Under the pieces are notes generated by a model, which saw nothing but the letters and a program-made list of their open reading frames with translations, was not told the origin of the DNA and ran no database searches. A DNA stretch of 64,000 bases, from positions 930,001 to 994,000 of the forward strand of contig SMSO01000025.1 of the NCBI GenBank assembly GCA_004764695.1. Direction: 5' to 3'. Shown piece after piece: positions 11,755-25,183 of the stretch. Origin of the DNA: Schizochytrium sp. TIO01 (taxonomy: Eukaryota > Protista > Bigyra: Labyrinthulomycetes). Made by a program: the position numbers and the translations under genes. Within the stretch, counting starts at the first letter, position 1. Each line of letters begins with the position of its first letter.

Positions 11755-14700
11755 ATATACCTTGAGTTTTACTTAACTTAAAGTATAGGATTGACAGGAG
11801 TACGCACCTCTGGCTGGTGAGAGTGAGTGGACGATAGCAGAGTGGTTGTCTAGCTTGAAATTTTACTCAAGTTGAAAGATTTGAATAAATTACCTCGAAC
11901 TAGTGAGAGTAGAGTAGGATTGGGTAAATAAAAAAGAGAGAGCGCCTATGATTGATTCCCTTATCTCCTGCACCTAAAAAGTTGATTCTAATCTGTTGTG
12001 TTAGTATCAAAATCGCATTGGCACCAGCTTCGGTATCGACATCAACACCACCGGTAGTAGCCCCCCACATCTAGTATTTAGTATAAACTTGAGAGAGGAT
12101 ATAATTCTAATCCTCACTGGACTTGTAATCCGAGTATGTGCTAGCTCCTCACTTGTACACAACTAAAGTAGTCCCATTGAGTAGTCCTTGTGTTGTTCCT
12201 GCTTATGGTCCGGTAAACTACACCCCTTTTTTAATGGTGTTTTGGTGAAGTTTGCTTTAGACATTCCGCTAGTCTCGAGTATCTTTGCAGCGATTTTTTC
12301 TTGTGAGATTGTGTACACTTTGTCTTGTCTGTTGTACTTGAATTTAAGTCTTAGATAGTACACTTCCTCCGGGTTGTGATTTACTTTGACTTCATACTTG
12401 TTCATAAGTGCTTGAACAGTGTTGTGTACCGCATTTGTCGTTCCAATATGAAAAGGTCATCGACCCGAGTAATGATATTGGAGTTGTTGTTCATGTAGCA
12501 ACTGGGATCAAATGTGCTTTTCCTGAGTCCACTGTCACAGAGTGTCTTTGACAAATGTTAGGATCAACGTTTCGGGCTTGTACGAAGGCCATAAAATGGG
12601 CGAGCTAATTTATAAACGTGTCTATTCGGGACTGATACTCCTTCAGGTGGTTCCACAAAGCTATTCTCGTTTTTGTGGTCGATTTCTGCTTGAAGAAAAG
12701 CTGCGGATACATCTAGTATTGCCGTTTCCCAATTTTGAGTTAGAGCAACTACAATAGCAGCTCGAAGTGTTAAGCGATCTGATGTTGGTGCATAGACGTC
12801 TACTTTCGATTCGAGTGGTTCGCCAAAGCCTTGCACAACTAACAGTGCGTTTGCGTTGCGAACGTCTTCCGATTTCTTTGTAAATGAATACCCATCTGGC
12901 TCCCATGGTACCTGTGGTTGCAGTAGATCTTGGGACCAGTAGGAAAGTGCCGTTTCGTTCAAGGTTTGACCATTCTTTCCGAATAGCTTCTATTCAGGTT
13001 CCTGGTCATCGGGCTGCATTTTTGTAAATTCTCTATATGTCTTTGGAACAGTGATATTTGAAGTCAGTTGTAGAACGGGCTTTTGTGCTGTTTGCATGAC
13101 ATTGATGTTATTGGTTTTCTGCTTTACGGAATTTGTTAGATCCCCCGTCAGATCGTGGACGTTTGGTCCCGTGTTAAGTATGTGTTATGGAAACATGCTC
13201 CACAATTCCTGAAAGATCTGGTTGGGACTGCTCCACCATCCGGGTTTCTCGTATAGTCAGTCCACTGTATGTATGTCTATTTGCTGCACCAAATGCAGTT
13301 TCAGAGTCAATGTTAATACGTGTAACTGGAATTCGTGTACGACTGCTACGTCTGATTTCTGTTGTTATGGTACGTTCCTGTGAAAGTTTATAATCATCAT
13401 CGTTATCATCATCATCTTTGTCATCTCCTGCATAATGGTAGGATATTCTGGGTAGTGCATTTTGACCATGTGTATTTCTATTTGATTCATAATCATCTCA
13501 TTCGTGGTTAGCGAAGTCAGGGTTCTCATAGTCGTCTGATTCGGGGTTAGCGAAGTCAGGTTTCTCATAATCATCTGATCCGGGGTTAGCGAAATCAGGT
13601 TTCTCGTTCATTAACAAGACCGCACTCGTTGCATGTCTGGATAAAAAAGGGGAACTCAAAATTGGTCCATTTGGAGTGGGTGATAAAATGCTAAATGGAG
13701 ACTGTGAGGTCATTCCATCTTTGTCAGGCGGCAAAGCCTTTGCAATGTGTTCAAGCGGTGAAGCTGTCACAGCACTGTTATAGGATGTGTTCATAGGCGG
13801 GCTGTTAGTCCCTAAGTGTGTTTCAAATGAAGGAGTAAGGTTAGTAGAGTTCGATACGTCAGCCCTGGTATTGGATGCATCATGTGTGATGTAGGTGAGG
13901 TTAGTGTTTCAGATTTCATTGAATCTAGAAAACAGTTGAGAACGCGATTCATAAAGAAGTCATCATTCTTGGAATACAGTGCGATTCGCAGTAATGGTTC
14001 TTGTGCATCCCGTATCTAGGATAGCCATGTTGGAGGGTAATGGAGGTCCCACGTGGAATCCGTAACCATCGACATAAGTATCAAAGTTGTTGCTGTTCGT
14101 AGTCGAGTTAGTTGAATTCGTAGGAATATGAGTTATTTTACATAGTTACATATAGCTGGATCTGCATCTCGGTTGTTTGCTGTAAGGGAAGGTCGTTGAG
14201 CCTTGTGTGGGCGTTGTCGATACGGTTGATTAGCATGTGAGTGTGTATACTGTTGGCGCGATTGTGGGTCTGGATCGGTTCTGCATTCGTTACCATAGTG
14301 TCCATTTTTGCCACACCTTTTGCATACAATGGTGCTCCGGTACGAGCGTTTGCGATTGGACCGGTTGTTATTTTGCTGATTGAGTGGACCTTGTGTCATC
14401 ATAGCCGATTGTTGAACTGGTTCTCGGACTATTTGCGAGTATGGATGATCTTTTACGTTAGGTGTTACATTACTAAGTTCCTCTGCATCTAAATGTAGGT
14501 TCTTTCTGTTACCCGCAAGGATTGTCTTGAGTTCCCAACTGGATGAGTATGACTCTATGTTATCAAGTTTTGCGAGTATGATTAATGAGGCTATTTCTTT
14601 TACCGCATTGTTTGAGTCCACATATGTGAGTAGTTCTTCCACGACTGCTTCTGCCTGAAGATAAAGGAGCTTGAAAGCTGGTTTACCTTGTCGTTGTCTC

Positions 14701-14830
14701 GCGAGGATTCCTCTTTTTGAGATTAAAGTTGAGAATGTTTTTATCAAAGCTACGGCTCCTCTATTGTTTTTCGATATGAAATGCGATTCGAGGTTATCCA
14801 TGCCTTGATGCCTGACATGGCTTCGTTGTC
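11755..14830 (-). mobile_element. Decayed Ty1/copia LTR retrotransposon (gag, protease, RT; integrase and RNase H not recognisable)
   Basis: Gag zinc knuckle CKRCGKNGHYGNEC (ORF 14133-14801); protease ILDTGCT at ~14002-14022; copia RT motifs ALLVVQGF..DVYAPT..LDVSAAFLQAEID..VYKLARPFYGLRTSP (12564-12962) and IITRVDDL (~12455-12476); G6 PPT-like tract at 12061-12066. Multiple stops and frameshifts; boundaries approximate. Confidence 0.9.
13487..13606 (-). repeat. 39-bp tandem repeat (x ~3) encoding DDYEKPDFANPES-like units inside the copia pol linker
   Basis: ggttagcgaa recurs at 13506, 13545 and 13584. Confidence 0.9.
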
Positions 14831-15174
14831 CTTGGTTATGAAAACAAACAAGTCTGCTTGTGTGTTTGCTGTTTCTACTAGAAAGGCAAATAGCTTGAAT
14901 CCACGATTAGTTCTGTACGTACATACCTACCTGATAGGCTTATTGAGGTTTGCTATCAATAGCTAAATAGGTATAGTGACTAGCAAAGCTTCAAGATTAT
15001 TATACCTAACTAGTACCTAGTATACACCAGTACAATAGAAACAACGGCATAATTCCGCATTCACGTTTGTTTGAAATGGGCACAGGAGCACCACGGTCAG
15101 TCACCTAGTCCTGTTCTGATATTTCTATTTCACTGTCTTTTCTGCCTTGGGAAGTTTGCTTTGTGGCTTAGAAG

Positions 15175-16794
15175 ATGTTGAGCCCAACTACGGGAACATC
15201 TTCGCTTGAGGTATACACGAAAGGTATCGAGAGCAAAGAGCTATCAGCGCAGTCCTTGAACTGCTCTCCAGCATCAGAAACATCAGATTGTACTCCTTCA
15301 CCCTCACCAACGCCACTATCAGCTCTCTCGTCCCATTGGACAGAAGTCAACCCAAGCGGCGATTCTAGTGATGACCAAAGCCCTCAAGACAGCGATCCGA
15401 AACTATCTTTTGACCCAAGTTGCAACAATAACGAGGAAACCAGCAGCGTTGAAGACGAATATGAAAACCTAAATGTAGGTGTGTTTCAAAATAGTAATAG
15501 TGAATCTGATAATTCACTATTAGAAGAAATGTTTGGTGGAAGCTATCCCAAAGTTGAGAATGAGACACGAAATGATGCCGAGCCTGTGTTTAATACTGAC
15601 TTGAGCCACCAGGTTCATGCAGTTACAAAGACTGGGGACGATGATGAGTCTGATGACGAATCTGGCCAAATTTCTCGCCAGGACTTTCCCAGCAAGCTAT
15701 TAGCAAGGCGTCAGGTCCTCAAAAAGAATTTCAATCGAATTACAGCACAGCTTCCAGTTTGGTTTCCGGGACATTCCTTACTCGTTCGTCAGTTAAACAT
15801 CGTAGGTAATCGATGGACTCCAAGCGGAGCAATCAACTTGATGATTTTTTGCTTGACGATGCTTGGATTGTTGACAATCTGGCTCCTTGACTCCATTGGG
15901 TATGGTTTAATGATTCTCGTGCCGGTCTGGCTTTACACTGCACTATGGTGTCTTTATCCCCTCGTGGAACCTTCCGATGGCTCAAGCAGGGCTGTAGAGA
16001 TTATGGTTAAACACCCATATCTTTATCAAGCCCAACTCGAAGGTTGTGACGCACTATATGCGCTCTCGCGCGATCGCAGCGAGGGAAAACGAGAGTCTAT
16101 TATTGGAGATGGTGCCGTAGAAGCCGTCTTGGACGCAGCGCTACATTTTGAAAATGAGCCAGATCTCGTTGCTCGTTCCATGGCGATTTTGTCGCGGCTT
16201 CTTCATGATGATGATCTCATTTCTGATCTTGTTCAAGACGACTTTATTGAGCTTGTTTTATTGTGGATGCAAGAACACATTCTTCGTGAAGCAATTCAAA
16301 GACACGGTATGGTGCTTCTTGCCACACTCGTAACTGTTCCATCTTCGCATGAGGTGAAGAATATGGTTTGCCAGCGCGCATTGCAAGCCAATACAATTGA
16401 GGTGGTATGTCAAAGCCTGGACGCGCATATCAAAGTTAATCGGGTGCAGCAATGGGGTTGTATGCTTTTGACAAACATAACAGATGAGCATTCAGGAGGA
16501 GCAGAGCCTCTTCACAAAGGCAAAGTTGTTCAACAAGTTGTTAAGACTCTTGAAAATCATGCCACTGCAGAGCCAATTCAACAAATTGGAGTAGGCCTGT
16601 TGGCGAAGTGTTTAACAAACAATCCGCAGAATCCGCAATGGGTCCAACGAATTAACCTTTTAAAGGACTCGTGCCCTAAAGTATTCAAAGTCGTCAACCA
16701 TGCGCGCACAAACTTTGCTTCCTCTCCCAATATTAAGAGCTTTACAGACCGCATCATGCGGGACGCAGAAGCCGCTACGCAGGCACGCGCTTAA
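15175..16794 (+). CDS. ARM-repeat protein with acidic disordered N-terminus and about 2 transmembrane segments
   Basis: 539-aa ORF. Hydrophobic hairpin around aa 220-265; repeated ARM-like units (GAVEAVLDAALHF, VQQWGCMLLTNI, IQQIGVGLLAKC). Confidence 0.75.
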   Translation: MLSPTTGTSSLEVYTKGIESKELSAQSLNCSPASETSDCTPSPSPTPLSALSSHWTEVNPSGDSSDDQSPQDSDPKLSFDPSCNNNEETSSVEDEYENLNVGVFQNSNSESDNSLLEEMFGGSYPKVENETRNDAEPVFNTDLSHQVHAVTKTGDDDESDDESGQISRQDFPSKLLARRQVLKKNFNRITAQLPVWFPGHSLLVRQLNIVGNRWTPSGAINLMIFCLTMLGLLTIWLLDSIGYGLMILVPVWLYTALWCLYPLVEPSDGSSRAVEIMVKHPYLYQAQLEGCDALYALSRDRSEGKRESIIGDGAVEAVLDAALHFENEPDLVARSMAILSRLLHDDDLISDLVQDDFIELVLLWMQEHILREAIQRHGMVLLATLVTVPSSHEVKNMVCQRALQANTIEVVCQSLDAHIKVNRVQQWGCMLLTNITDEHSGGAEPLHKGKVVQQVVKTLENHATAEPIQQIGVGLLAKCLTNNPQNPQWVQRINLLKDSCPKVFKVVNHARTNFASSPNIKSFTDRIMRDAEAATQARA

Positions 16795-17915
16795 ACTATT
16801 CTTTAGCTTTTATGCCAGCGTACACTAGTAAAGAATGGCATACCAGATCAGAGTGTCCTAAAAGGAAGAAAGTTTCAGACCAGAGACCCAAATACGATGT
16901 TACACAGCTTGTGCTCTTACTTCAAAGTGCCTTCATGATCGAATTAGTACTGCCTATTGTACAAATTGAAATTTCAACATATACCGTACCTGATGCGACC
17001 CAGTTCATTACATTCACTGAGCTTTGAACTTTAAGTGCCAGCAACGTAGAATAATCCTCTTCAACTATCCCAACTACGTAGCAACCTTTTCAACGATTGG
17101 ATGCTTTTTTTGTGCCTTTCTGCTATGCACATGGATCCTTTCAAATCTCAACAAACACTGTGAACTTGTTCACCAGAGCTAATCAATTTCAGCGCTTATT
17201 TTCACGTTTGCGCAAGGCAACTTAAACCTGAAAGTACACCTAACATAGACCTATTCTATCGTCTGAAGAGCAGTAACACAAGAGAAAGAATTCTGCGTTA
17301 GAACTATCATCATTTTTGTGCAACGAAATGTTTTATTCAAAATATTACTTCTCATCAACTCAAAGAACATACAGTATATTTGCTCTTTGAAGATGAAGTC
17401 AGGAACTATCGAACTTTATAATAGAATAGACAAAGTTCGTACATCAATGCACAAAGCAAGGGAAATTAGGAGATGGGATGAGTGAGGGAGGATCTTGGAT
17501 CAAGTTCGCAACTACAGTTTTTTAGAAAGTCGAATAAATCAAGAAAATTTCAAGGAGGAACTTGGATTCTTCTTAAAATTGTTTCATCATCATTGGGAAT
17601 CATCTTCGGTGCAGTATAAAGACCGTAGACGTATAATCGCATCAAACTTCACATTCTCCAATAGCAAAGGGAAAGAAAGGAAGAAATATAAAGGCGACAA
17701 GAAGCGCTAAGCACGTCTGAAACTGCACATGAGCACATGCCAAGAGAAAACATACACCGGGAATAGAAAGGGGGGGGAGGGGTACCTAACTCAACTTAAC
17801 AAGGCTCATTTCTTCGTCATGCCATCAGTCAGCATCAAAAGCAGAAATAAGGCCGCAAGCGGAACAAAAGGAATCCAAACCCTCTGGGCGCTCTGTGGTT
17901 TATGCTAAAATAGAC

Positions 17916-18479
17916 TTAGACAGCGGGGTTCTGAGACTTCTTGTTAGCCTTCTCAGCCTTGCGGTCGCGGGCAGCCTGTGCCTTGGCCTTGCGGGCCTCA
18001 GCCTGCTCCTTGATCTGCTGCTCCTTGATAGACTCGGCCTTCATCTTGTGGACGCTCTCCATGAGGTTGCGCTTAGTCTTGAACTTGTTACCCTTGGCCT
18101 GCATGTAAAGCTCACGGTACACGAACTTATCAATCTTCTTGGCCTCACGGTACTTCTTCAGAAGACGGCGGAGAACGCGCTGGCGGCGCATCCAGAGGAC
18201 CTTGAAGGGGAGACGAGCGTTGGCCGTACCCTTGCGGCGACCGTAGCCGGTGTGGCGGCCCTTGCTCTTGGCCTCGTTGCGAGCGACAACACGTGCGCGG
18301 GAGTGAACCACGTCGGGCTTCTTGATCACCAAGCCATCCTTGATGAGCTTGCTCACGGTCTTGCGCGAGTTGGCCGGGGCGATGTCTGCCAATGCGCCCG
18401 GGTCGAGCCAAACCTTGCGCTGGCCGCACTTGAGCACGGACGCCGCAAGGCGCTTCTGAAGCTTGAGTCCTGCCGGCAT
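17916..18479 (-). CDS. RPL19: 60S ribosomal protein eL19
   Basis: [51 protein letters not shown]-like QAKGNKFK. True start MPAG at 18479. Confidence 0.98.
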   Translation of the reverse strand: MPAGLKLQKRLAASVLKCGQRKVWLDPGALADIAPANSRKTVSKLIKDGLVIKKPDVVHSRARVVARNEAKSKGRHTGYGRRKGTANARLPFKVLWMRRQRVLRRLLKKYREAKKIDKFVYRELYMQAKGNKFKTKRNLMESVHKMKAESIKEQQIKEQAEARKAKAQAARDRKAEKANKKSQNPAV

Positions 18480-20546
18480 CTTTCCTCCTCGCTCTTCCCT
18501 GCGCCGCACCTGCGCCGCTGGTCGTCGCGTCCGACTTGAGTTGATCTGCTGCTGCTTCTTGCCCAGCCAAAGTCTCCTTCGCCTCTGCTCCTCTCCTTTC
18601 GTTCCCCGCTTTCCCCCCTCTCTCTCATTATCTCTCTCTCTCTCTGGTCCCTCTCCTCTGGGTCAGTCTCGGTAGAAGAAATAGGAATAACTCTAGGAGG
18701 CCTCCGCACTTCCTTCCACCCAATTGCTCTCTCTAACCACTCATTTCGAGCACCATTGTTTATAGATGGTTCTCGCGATGCTGCTAAGGAGTGAACTAAC
18801 CTACACAAGTCATATACTATAGATCCTTGTAAGAACGAAAACTAGAAGCAATATAAACTAACAGTAGAACTATGAATTTAAGTAGAACACAGCCACTTTT
18901 ATTCAAAACCTTGGAAGAAGAACTCTGCTGTTCACATCATCATGAATAGAGAAAAGTAGAGACAGAGCCAAAGAGCACAGACATCTCCAAGTGAAACTAC
19001 TATTTTACAGAATTCTCCATTCAAACTTCTCCAAGCAGAACTTGAAGTTGATAAGCATAGTTTTTCTTTCAAGATAGATATCACAAGATACCCTAACCCT
19101 GGCGTTTGACTGACTCATAATGGTTCGCTGAAGTGTCACAGTTTGCGTTCCGCATGTTTGTTACGACGCGGCCGTTTTGCGATAGCTGTCTTATTAGAAG
19201 CTTCTAGTATTAGTAGTAACAATATAAGAGTACCAGGAGTATGCTTAGTTATTATGGCTTTGTTATATGCAAGTTCCACTCCTACGGTTCTTTGAAACGC
19301 GTTATGATTAGAGAATTCAATCACTAGGAAACAGTCAAATATCCTTTCACTGCTGAGAAGGGTCTTTTCGCTGGAGGCTAAACCACATTTGACGTTTCAG
19401 TTTCATCCGGTTGAAAAGTAGAAACAAGGAAGCTTGTATTTTCAATCGTCTATCGTTAGAACTTAAATGTGGAGAAGGTAAAATAAATTCTTCAGACCGT
19501 CTAATTCTAGTTATGCGTGATTATGATTAATTATTTTAGAAGTTGAGTATCATACTATAATGATGTAGTTATAAGTTTACTCCTGAAATGTCGACATTTC
19601 ACTTCTGGTTGCTCAACATGTAAATGATTTGCTCAGCATCAAAGATTTCGAGCCATTTCCGTGGAATATTTGGGTATTCCTTTTAGTATAACATGAATTA
19701 AAATTTTAAAAAAGAAGAAAAAGAAAAAAGCCCAGACTCCTGACTTTTAGTTTGAAGCCCTGGCCACATCATCTCGTAGTACTATCTATTACCTTAGTTG
19801 AAATGGGAGAGTAGCCTTGACAGTCTTTTTGATAAACGATTCCTAGTGTTAAAATCTGAATACATTAACTTATAGATCTACATTGAGTAGGCACTGTAAG
19901 ATAGGCCAGAAGGAAAACTTAACCTTTACCCCATAGCACACTCATCGAGATAGGAAAAACATGATTAGACAATGTCTTACAACGTTTCGACTGATTTGAA
20001 ACCATGCTCAGTCAAATGCTTTAGCAAAGTGTCAGATATTTTTTATTTGGAAGCTTGGTAAGTGTTGCAGACACCCGCATGACTAAAGATAAATGTAGTC
20101 CTACACGAACAACAAATAAACGAATAAAAAAGAGAAACGAAATAGATGTAGCAATTGTAAGCGCCGTGCAAGGCTTTGTATCTTTTGAAAGATTGGCAGA
20201 GTTTTCTCATTTCCTTTGATTAGAAAAAGATGTCATTCTCAAGTTACTGTAGGCATCCATATTTGAGTTCAGAACTCAGAACTTCGCAAGATTTGAAGCA
20301 GGTTTAGGAAATAGCAACTACATACCTATAGATTGATTTTAATAATAGTATATATCATAGAAAATATATTAGTCCTACTGTATCCATTAGTAGGGTAGTA
20401 GCTATGTATTCGAAGGATGGGTTTGCCATAGGTACCTACGGCTGAGGCGTTATATTTTGCGGTAGGTCGCTGCCGTGTTCATGAAAGATACCTCAAAGCA
20501 CAAAATTCGAGGACTATTAGAACTCTGAGCTTTGCAGACTCACGTC

Positions 20547-21500
20547 ATGAGACAGGCGCGCTTTTGGATACAAGTGAGCGTTGCGGTTGCAATTATTCTT
20601 CTCTCATGCGTTGCAGCCATCTTTTCTAATGAGGGCCGTCGTCTATATACTTTCCCTGTTGGGGCCTGGCCATTACCTTTCACACGGCGTTCAAACACGA
20701 GGTTTTCAAGTGATAGATCTAATCTACTCGGTCCTTGCCGCATGGAGGAACAATTAGCTTCGGAACTCTCGTGCGAGGAATTCGTTGAGAGGTACCTCGG
20801 ACAGGAGCCCGTTGTGATCCGTCAGCTCTTTAAAGAAGCTAACAAAGCCTTCTTAGAGGATACCTCTCCAAACGAATTTCGAAAAAGGTACGGGCATCTG
20901 CCCGTGAAACTTTCTACAGCAAATTCATTCACTGGGCGCGAATGGTCAGAGACAGATCTTGCTTCATACATGGACCACATGCTTCACCCGCAAAATGAAA
21001 CGCTTTCGGGAAATCAAACCTTTTATCTGTTTGGAAGTCAGCAAGGAGCTGAATGGTCATCATTCTTAGCGAACTATTGGCGGCCATCATTGAAGTATCC
21101 AAGTGAGTCTTTCATGAAAGATCACATCGACTCTACTAACGTTTGTGAGCGTTTGCGATGGGATAGTGGTATCCAGCAAGATGAATTAACATCCCTGAGC
21201 TTTGGGCTCGCTGGGTCAGGCACAGGAGTTCCTTTCCATTTTCATGGACCAGGCTTTTTACAAATGCTACATGGCCGTAAACGATGGTTTCTATATCCTC
21301 CCCAAACAACTCCAAAGTTTCATCCAAATGAGACTACATTAACGTGGGTGCGCTCAGTCTATCCTGATCTGGCGAATGCAGACAAACCAACCCACGAATG
21401 CGTTTTGGGACCCAGTGATGTTATCTACTTTCCAAACTCATGGATGCATGCTACGCTAAATATTGACAACTATACTGCCTTCATTGCTACATTTGCTTAG
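20547..21500 (+). CDS. JMJD8: JmjC/cupin-8 protein, JMJD8-like, with N-terminal signal or anchor
   Basis: FGLAGSGTGVPFHFHGPGF..GRKRWFLYPP, VKLSTANSF and IYFPNSWMHATLN match JMJD8 hallmarks, including the HxH metal motif. Confidence 0.85.
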   Translation: MRQARFWIQVSVAVAIILLSCVAAIFSNEGRRLYTFPVGAWPLPFTRRSNTRFSSDRSNLLGPCRMEEQLASELSCEEFVERYLGQEPVVIRQLFKEANKAFLEDTSPNEFRKRYGHLPVKLSTANSFTGREWSETDLASYMDHMLHPQNETLSGNQTFYLFGSQQGAEWSSFLANYWRPSLKYPSESFMKDHIDSTNVCERLRWDSGIQQDELTSLSFGLAGSGTGVPFHFHGPGFLQMLHGRKRWFLYPPQTTPKFHPNETTLTWVRSVYPDLANADKPTHECVLGPSDVIYFPNSWMHATLNIDNYTAFIATFA

Positions 21501-21877
21501 GCTGACTGGGGACTTCCAAGTGGAGGACGATGTAACGATATTTTTTTTAGCTTTGTCAAAAGTATAATGGGCATGAGAATGTTAATAAAAAGGCATAGCT
21601 AATTTTTGTTGACACAGGAATTCTTTTCTGAGCATTTGGAAAAGGTGAAGTTTAGATATTCCTTAAAAAAACTACCTTGTACCCCAAAATGGTATCCAAT
21701 CGCTTGCCTTGCACGCCCTCTTTATTTACAGACGACAATGAAAATTATTGGTCCAATGTTCAAAAACAAAGTTGTGTACATTAGTATGGCTTTAAGCATA
21801 TAGTATAAAATTTAAATGAAATATCAAAATATGGAATCATCTTTATAAAATAGATTGCCATGTTGTTGACATAAAAC

Positions 21878-23047
21878 TTATGAAACAAGGGAAAGAATAA
21901 TTCCGACGACGCCTAACAGCAAAATAAAGCACATAAGGTTGATGCAAAAGCGTTCCATGCCCATACCGCTGTCATCCAGGTTTTTCTTGAGCGTCACGTT
22001 GATATTATCCATCTTATCGCGCGCTTTGGCTAAGTTTTCATCAATTTCGTCCATTATTTTGTCTTGTAGATTGATCTCATCTTGAATAATCTTAGCCTTT
22101 TCACCTGCTTGATCAATCAACAAGCCAATCTGATCGAGGACCTCATCGAATTCTTCGTCTCTCCGGCGGATCTGCTCCAGTCCCTGCTGTTGCATTTCTG
22201 TCAATTCTACAGTCTTTGGTTGGCCTCCAAAACTTGCACCTGTACTGGAGCTGGTTGTCGCCCCTCCTGCCCCAGTTGCGGGACTAAGGTTTTTAAAGAA
22301 ACTAGCTGTATCAAAGCCGCTCCCTCCATTACCACCAGATTCAATATCATTGACATCAAAATCTCCACCACCTGTGACACTTGATGCTTTACTGGATAAT
22401 CTCTTCATTCGCTCTAATTGCACTTTAAACTCTTGAAGAAACTGAGTTCTTGTTTCGATTTCCTCATCGCTCAGCTTGCGTCGCTTTTTGCGCACTTCTT
22501 TTGAATGAATCTTCTCCATCTCATGAAAAAGAACATCGAGCTCTTTAAGTTGGCTACGTACTTGATGAGCCTGAGCTATCTGGTCACGTGATCTGGTTAT
22601 ACCTTTTGAGTCGTGCATGCTTCGTAAAGTCTATTGCTCACGATATGGAGCGCGGATATGGAATATTATATCAGGGTGTTGTTGGAAAAAATATACAAAT
22701 AGGACAGATTACCCCAAGCCCAGTTTCACTCTCCGTTAGTTCCTGACCACTAGAATTAAAGTCTATGATACATATGCTCCCACCTCTCAATGAACTCAGG
22801 TTAAAGGTTGACTCAATGAGAAACAATAGCAATAAGGATAACTCACCTCCTTTACACTGTTCAGCCCTATAAGAAACTCCTGCTTGGCTTCGAGGAATCG
22901 GTCTGCAGAAGACTGCTTCTTCTTATCATCTTTATCTTGAACGGGCATTTCTTGTTCGATTGCACGCAACCGCATCAAAAGATCTTCTATCTCTAAGACG
23001 CGTTTGGGCTTCTTCTCCTTTGCAGAGCTCTTTGAAGCAGCTGCCAT
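21878..23047 (-). CDS. Syntaxin / Qc-SNARE (SYP7-like); exons 23047-22847 and 22630-21878, 317 aa
   Basis: C-terminal SNARE heptads (DEVLDQI..EINLQDKIMDEID..INVTLK) followed by a tail anchor FCINLMCFILLLGVVGIILSLV. In-frame phase-0 intron GTGAGT...ATAG at 22846-22631. Confidence 0.85.
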
Positions 23048-24079
23048 CTTGACTTAAAGATATACGTGCCCTCCAGCTCAATAAACGCGTGTATTTGTTC
23101 TGACCGTCTTTGATGAGGCTGCTTCTCGTGCTCGGAATTGTCGAGTGTTCTTCTTTACTTTTATTGCAGCGACACAGGTGATACGTTGCAGGTAGTGAGT
23201 ATTTTGCCACAAAGCCTACCCACCCCGACTGGGCCCTTCAGTGCGGCTGATGTGACCCTTTCGCTCTCCTGTCTGCTAACAGCAGGTTTGCACTGCCTGT
23301 CTGTTCGATAAACACAATTCTATTTTTTATGTCTATCTTCTAAACTAGTAGTCTGAAAAGATAGATTACCAGTAGGTAAGGTTACCTATGTACTTAAACC
23401 AAAGCTTAACAGTAACTGATACTCTTATCTACTAGGTACCTACCTACTAGTAGCCTTGTGTAGGTAGTTCATACTGTGAGTGAGTAAGTAACCTACCTAT
23501 ACATAGTACTCTTTATACTGGACTTACTCACCTCTTTTCAGGGAGACGAGAGATCAAAGTTGACAAACAAACATTGCTTAAAATTAGAACCTAGTATAAA
23601 AGTTTTCTATATAACTTTTGTTGAAGCTTCTATTTCGAAGTAGACGGAAAGTTGAATTTGGATACTGACAAAGATACCAGATAATTAAGTTGGCCTACAT
23701 AGTCAGACTCACAGCAGCGCCGAGCAAGGTTGATATCCCCACTGGCAGGTACCTAATTACTTACTACTAACATGAAGCATAATGGTTAGCCAATAGTGCT
23801 TGTTAGAGGAATTTTCTAGTAGTAATGATGCACCTACGTCGAAAAGCTACTAGTACGTCTAAGCTTTTTATCTCTAAAACTTAAAATCAAATAAAATAAA
23901 TGTTAGTGAACAGTTAGGGCATCTGGAGAGTGAAAAAGAGGAAAGAAAGAATTTCTGGTGCTTATAAGAAAGAATGAAATGCAGAGGATTATGAAAGGCC
24001 CACAAGTTGCAGCAACAGCAAAATATGATCCAATTAGAAGGAGCATAGTTTGTCCAAACCTTAATCGTGGCTTTCAGAG

Positions 24080-25183
24080 ATGGACAGTGCTGTTGGAGCG
24101 TCGAGCGCCTCTATGGCCAATGAGGAGCCACTCGCCCCTGTTGCGCCTTCAACAACCAACCTCACGGCTACAGAAGCTTCTTTGAGTGGAGATGCCAAAT
24201 CAGCACCACGGGTGGAAGCGCTAGAAACTCCGGGGACTGAAGACTCCGATTCTCCCGCTGCGACTTCGAAGCAACCAGTGGCAGTGATTTTTGTTGGTAT
24301 GGCCGGAAGCGGTAAAACCACCGTAGCACAGCGGATCAGTGCTGATCTTTACCAAAATAATACTCCTACATACACAATGAACCTCGACCCAGCTGTTGCA
24401 AAGGTGCCATTCGGTTGTAATATCGACATTCGGGATACAGTGAACTACAAAGGAGTCATGAAGCAATATGGCCTTGGACCCAATGGTGGTATCATGACTT
24501 GTCTGAACCTTTTCGCTACAAAGTTTGACCAAGTTATGGGATTGGTGGAGAAGCGTATTCCCGAGCTTGATTATGTTCTGATGGATACACCAGGCCAAAT
24601 CGAGGTTTTTACATGGTCTGCATCTGGAGCTATCATTACAGAGTCATTGGCATCAACAGTTCCAACTGTTCTAGCTTATGTTGTTGATACCCCGCGGACA
24701 ACTAATCCTGTTACATTTATGTCAAACATGCTCTATGCGTGCAGCATCATGTACAAGACAAAACTCCCCATTGTGATTGTCTTTAATAAAACCGATGTGG
24801 TATCCCATGAGTTTGCACAGGAATGGATGACAGATTTTGAAAGCTTTCGAGATGCTCTTGAACAACATAGTCAGAACAGTGGTGAAGCTTATATTGAGGA
24901 TTTAACACGATCTATGAGTCTTGTACTCGATAAATTCTATGCTGGTATTCGCTCCTGTGGCGTGTCTGCAGCAACTGGTGCAGGTATTGAAAGCTTTTAC
25001 GCTGCAGTGGAGGATGCCCGAAAAGAGTACGATGAATTTTACCGCCCAGAGATGGAGCGTCGTCGCGACGATGCTAAGAGGATGGAAGAGGAGCGCCGAC
25101 AGATGGCTATGGCCCGTCTTCGCAAGTCGATGAATATGGGCGATAATATCACTACTGATACGGATGGAGGTGCATCAAATTAA
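24080..25183 (+). CDS. GPN1: GPN-loop GTPase 1
   Basis: [65 protein letters not shown]. Confidence 0.96.
   Translation: MDSAVGASSASMANEEPLAPVAPSTTNLTATEASLSGDAKSAPRVEALETPGTEDSDSPAATSKQPVAVIFVGMAGSGKTTVAQRISADLYQNNTPTYTMNLDPAVAKVPFGCNIDIRDTVNYKGVMKQYGLGPNGGIMTCLNLFATKFDQVMGLVEKRIPELDYVLMDTPGQIEVFTWSASGAIITESLASTVPTVLAYVVDTPRTTNPVTFMSNMLYACSIMYKTKLPIVIVFNKTDVVSHEFAQEWMTDFESFRDALEQHSQNSGEAYIEDLTRSMSLVLDKFYAGIRSCGVSAATGAGIESFYAAVEDARKEYDEFYRPEMERRRDDAKRMEEERRQMAMARLRKSMNMGDNITTDTDGGASN

Noticed and set aside
11755-12060. Putative copia 3' LTR; ~20-bp similarity to 27781-27800
   Set aside because: No matching 5' LTR or clear TG...CA pair, and the match is too short to call a solo LTR.
17895-18808. 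Several overlapping ORFs around RPL19 (214, 141 and 151 aa)
   Set aside because: Shadow frames of a GC-rich, codon-biased gene; no independent motifs.
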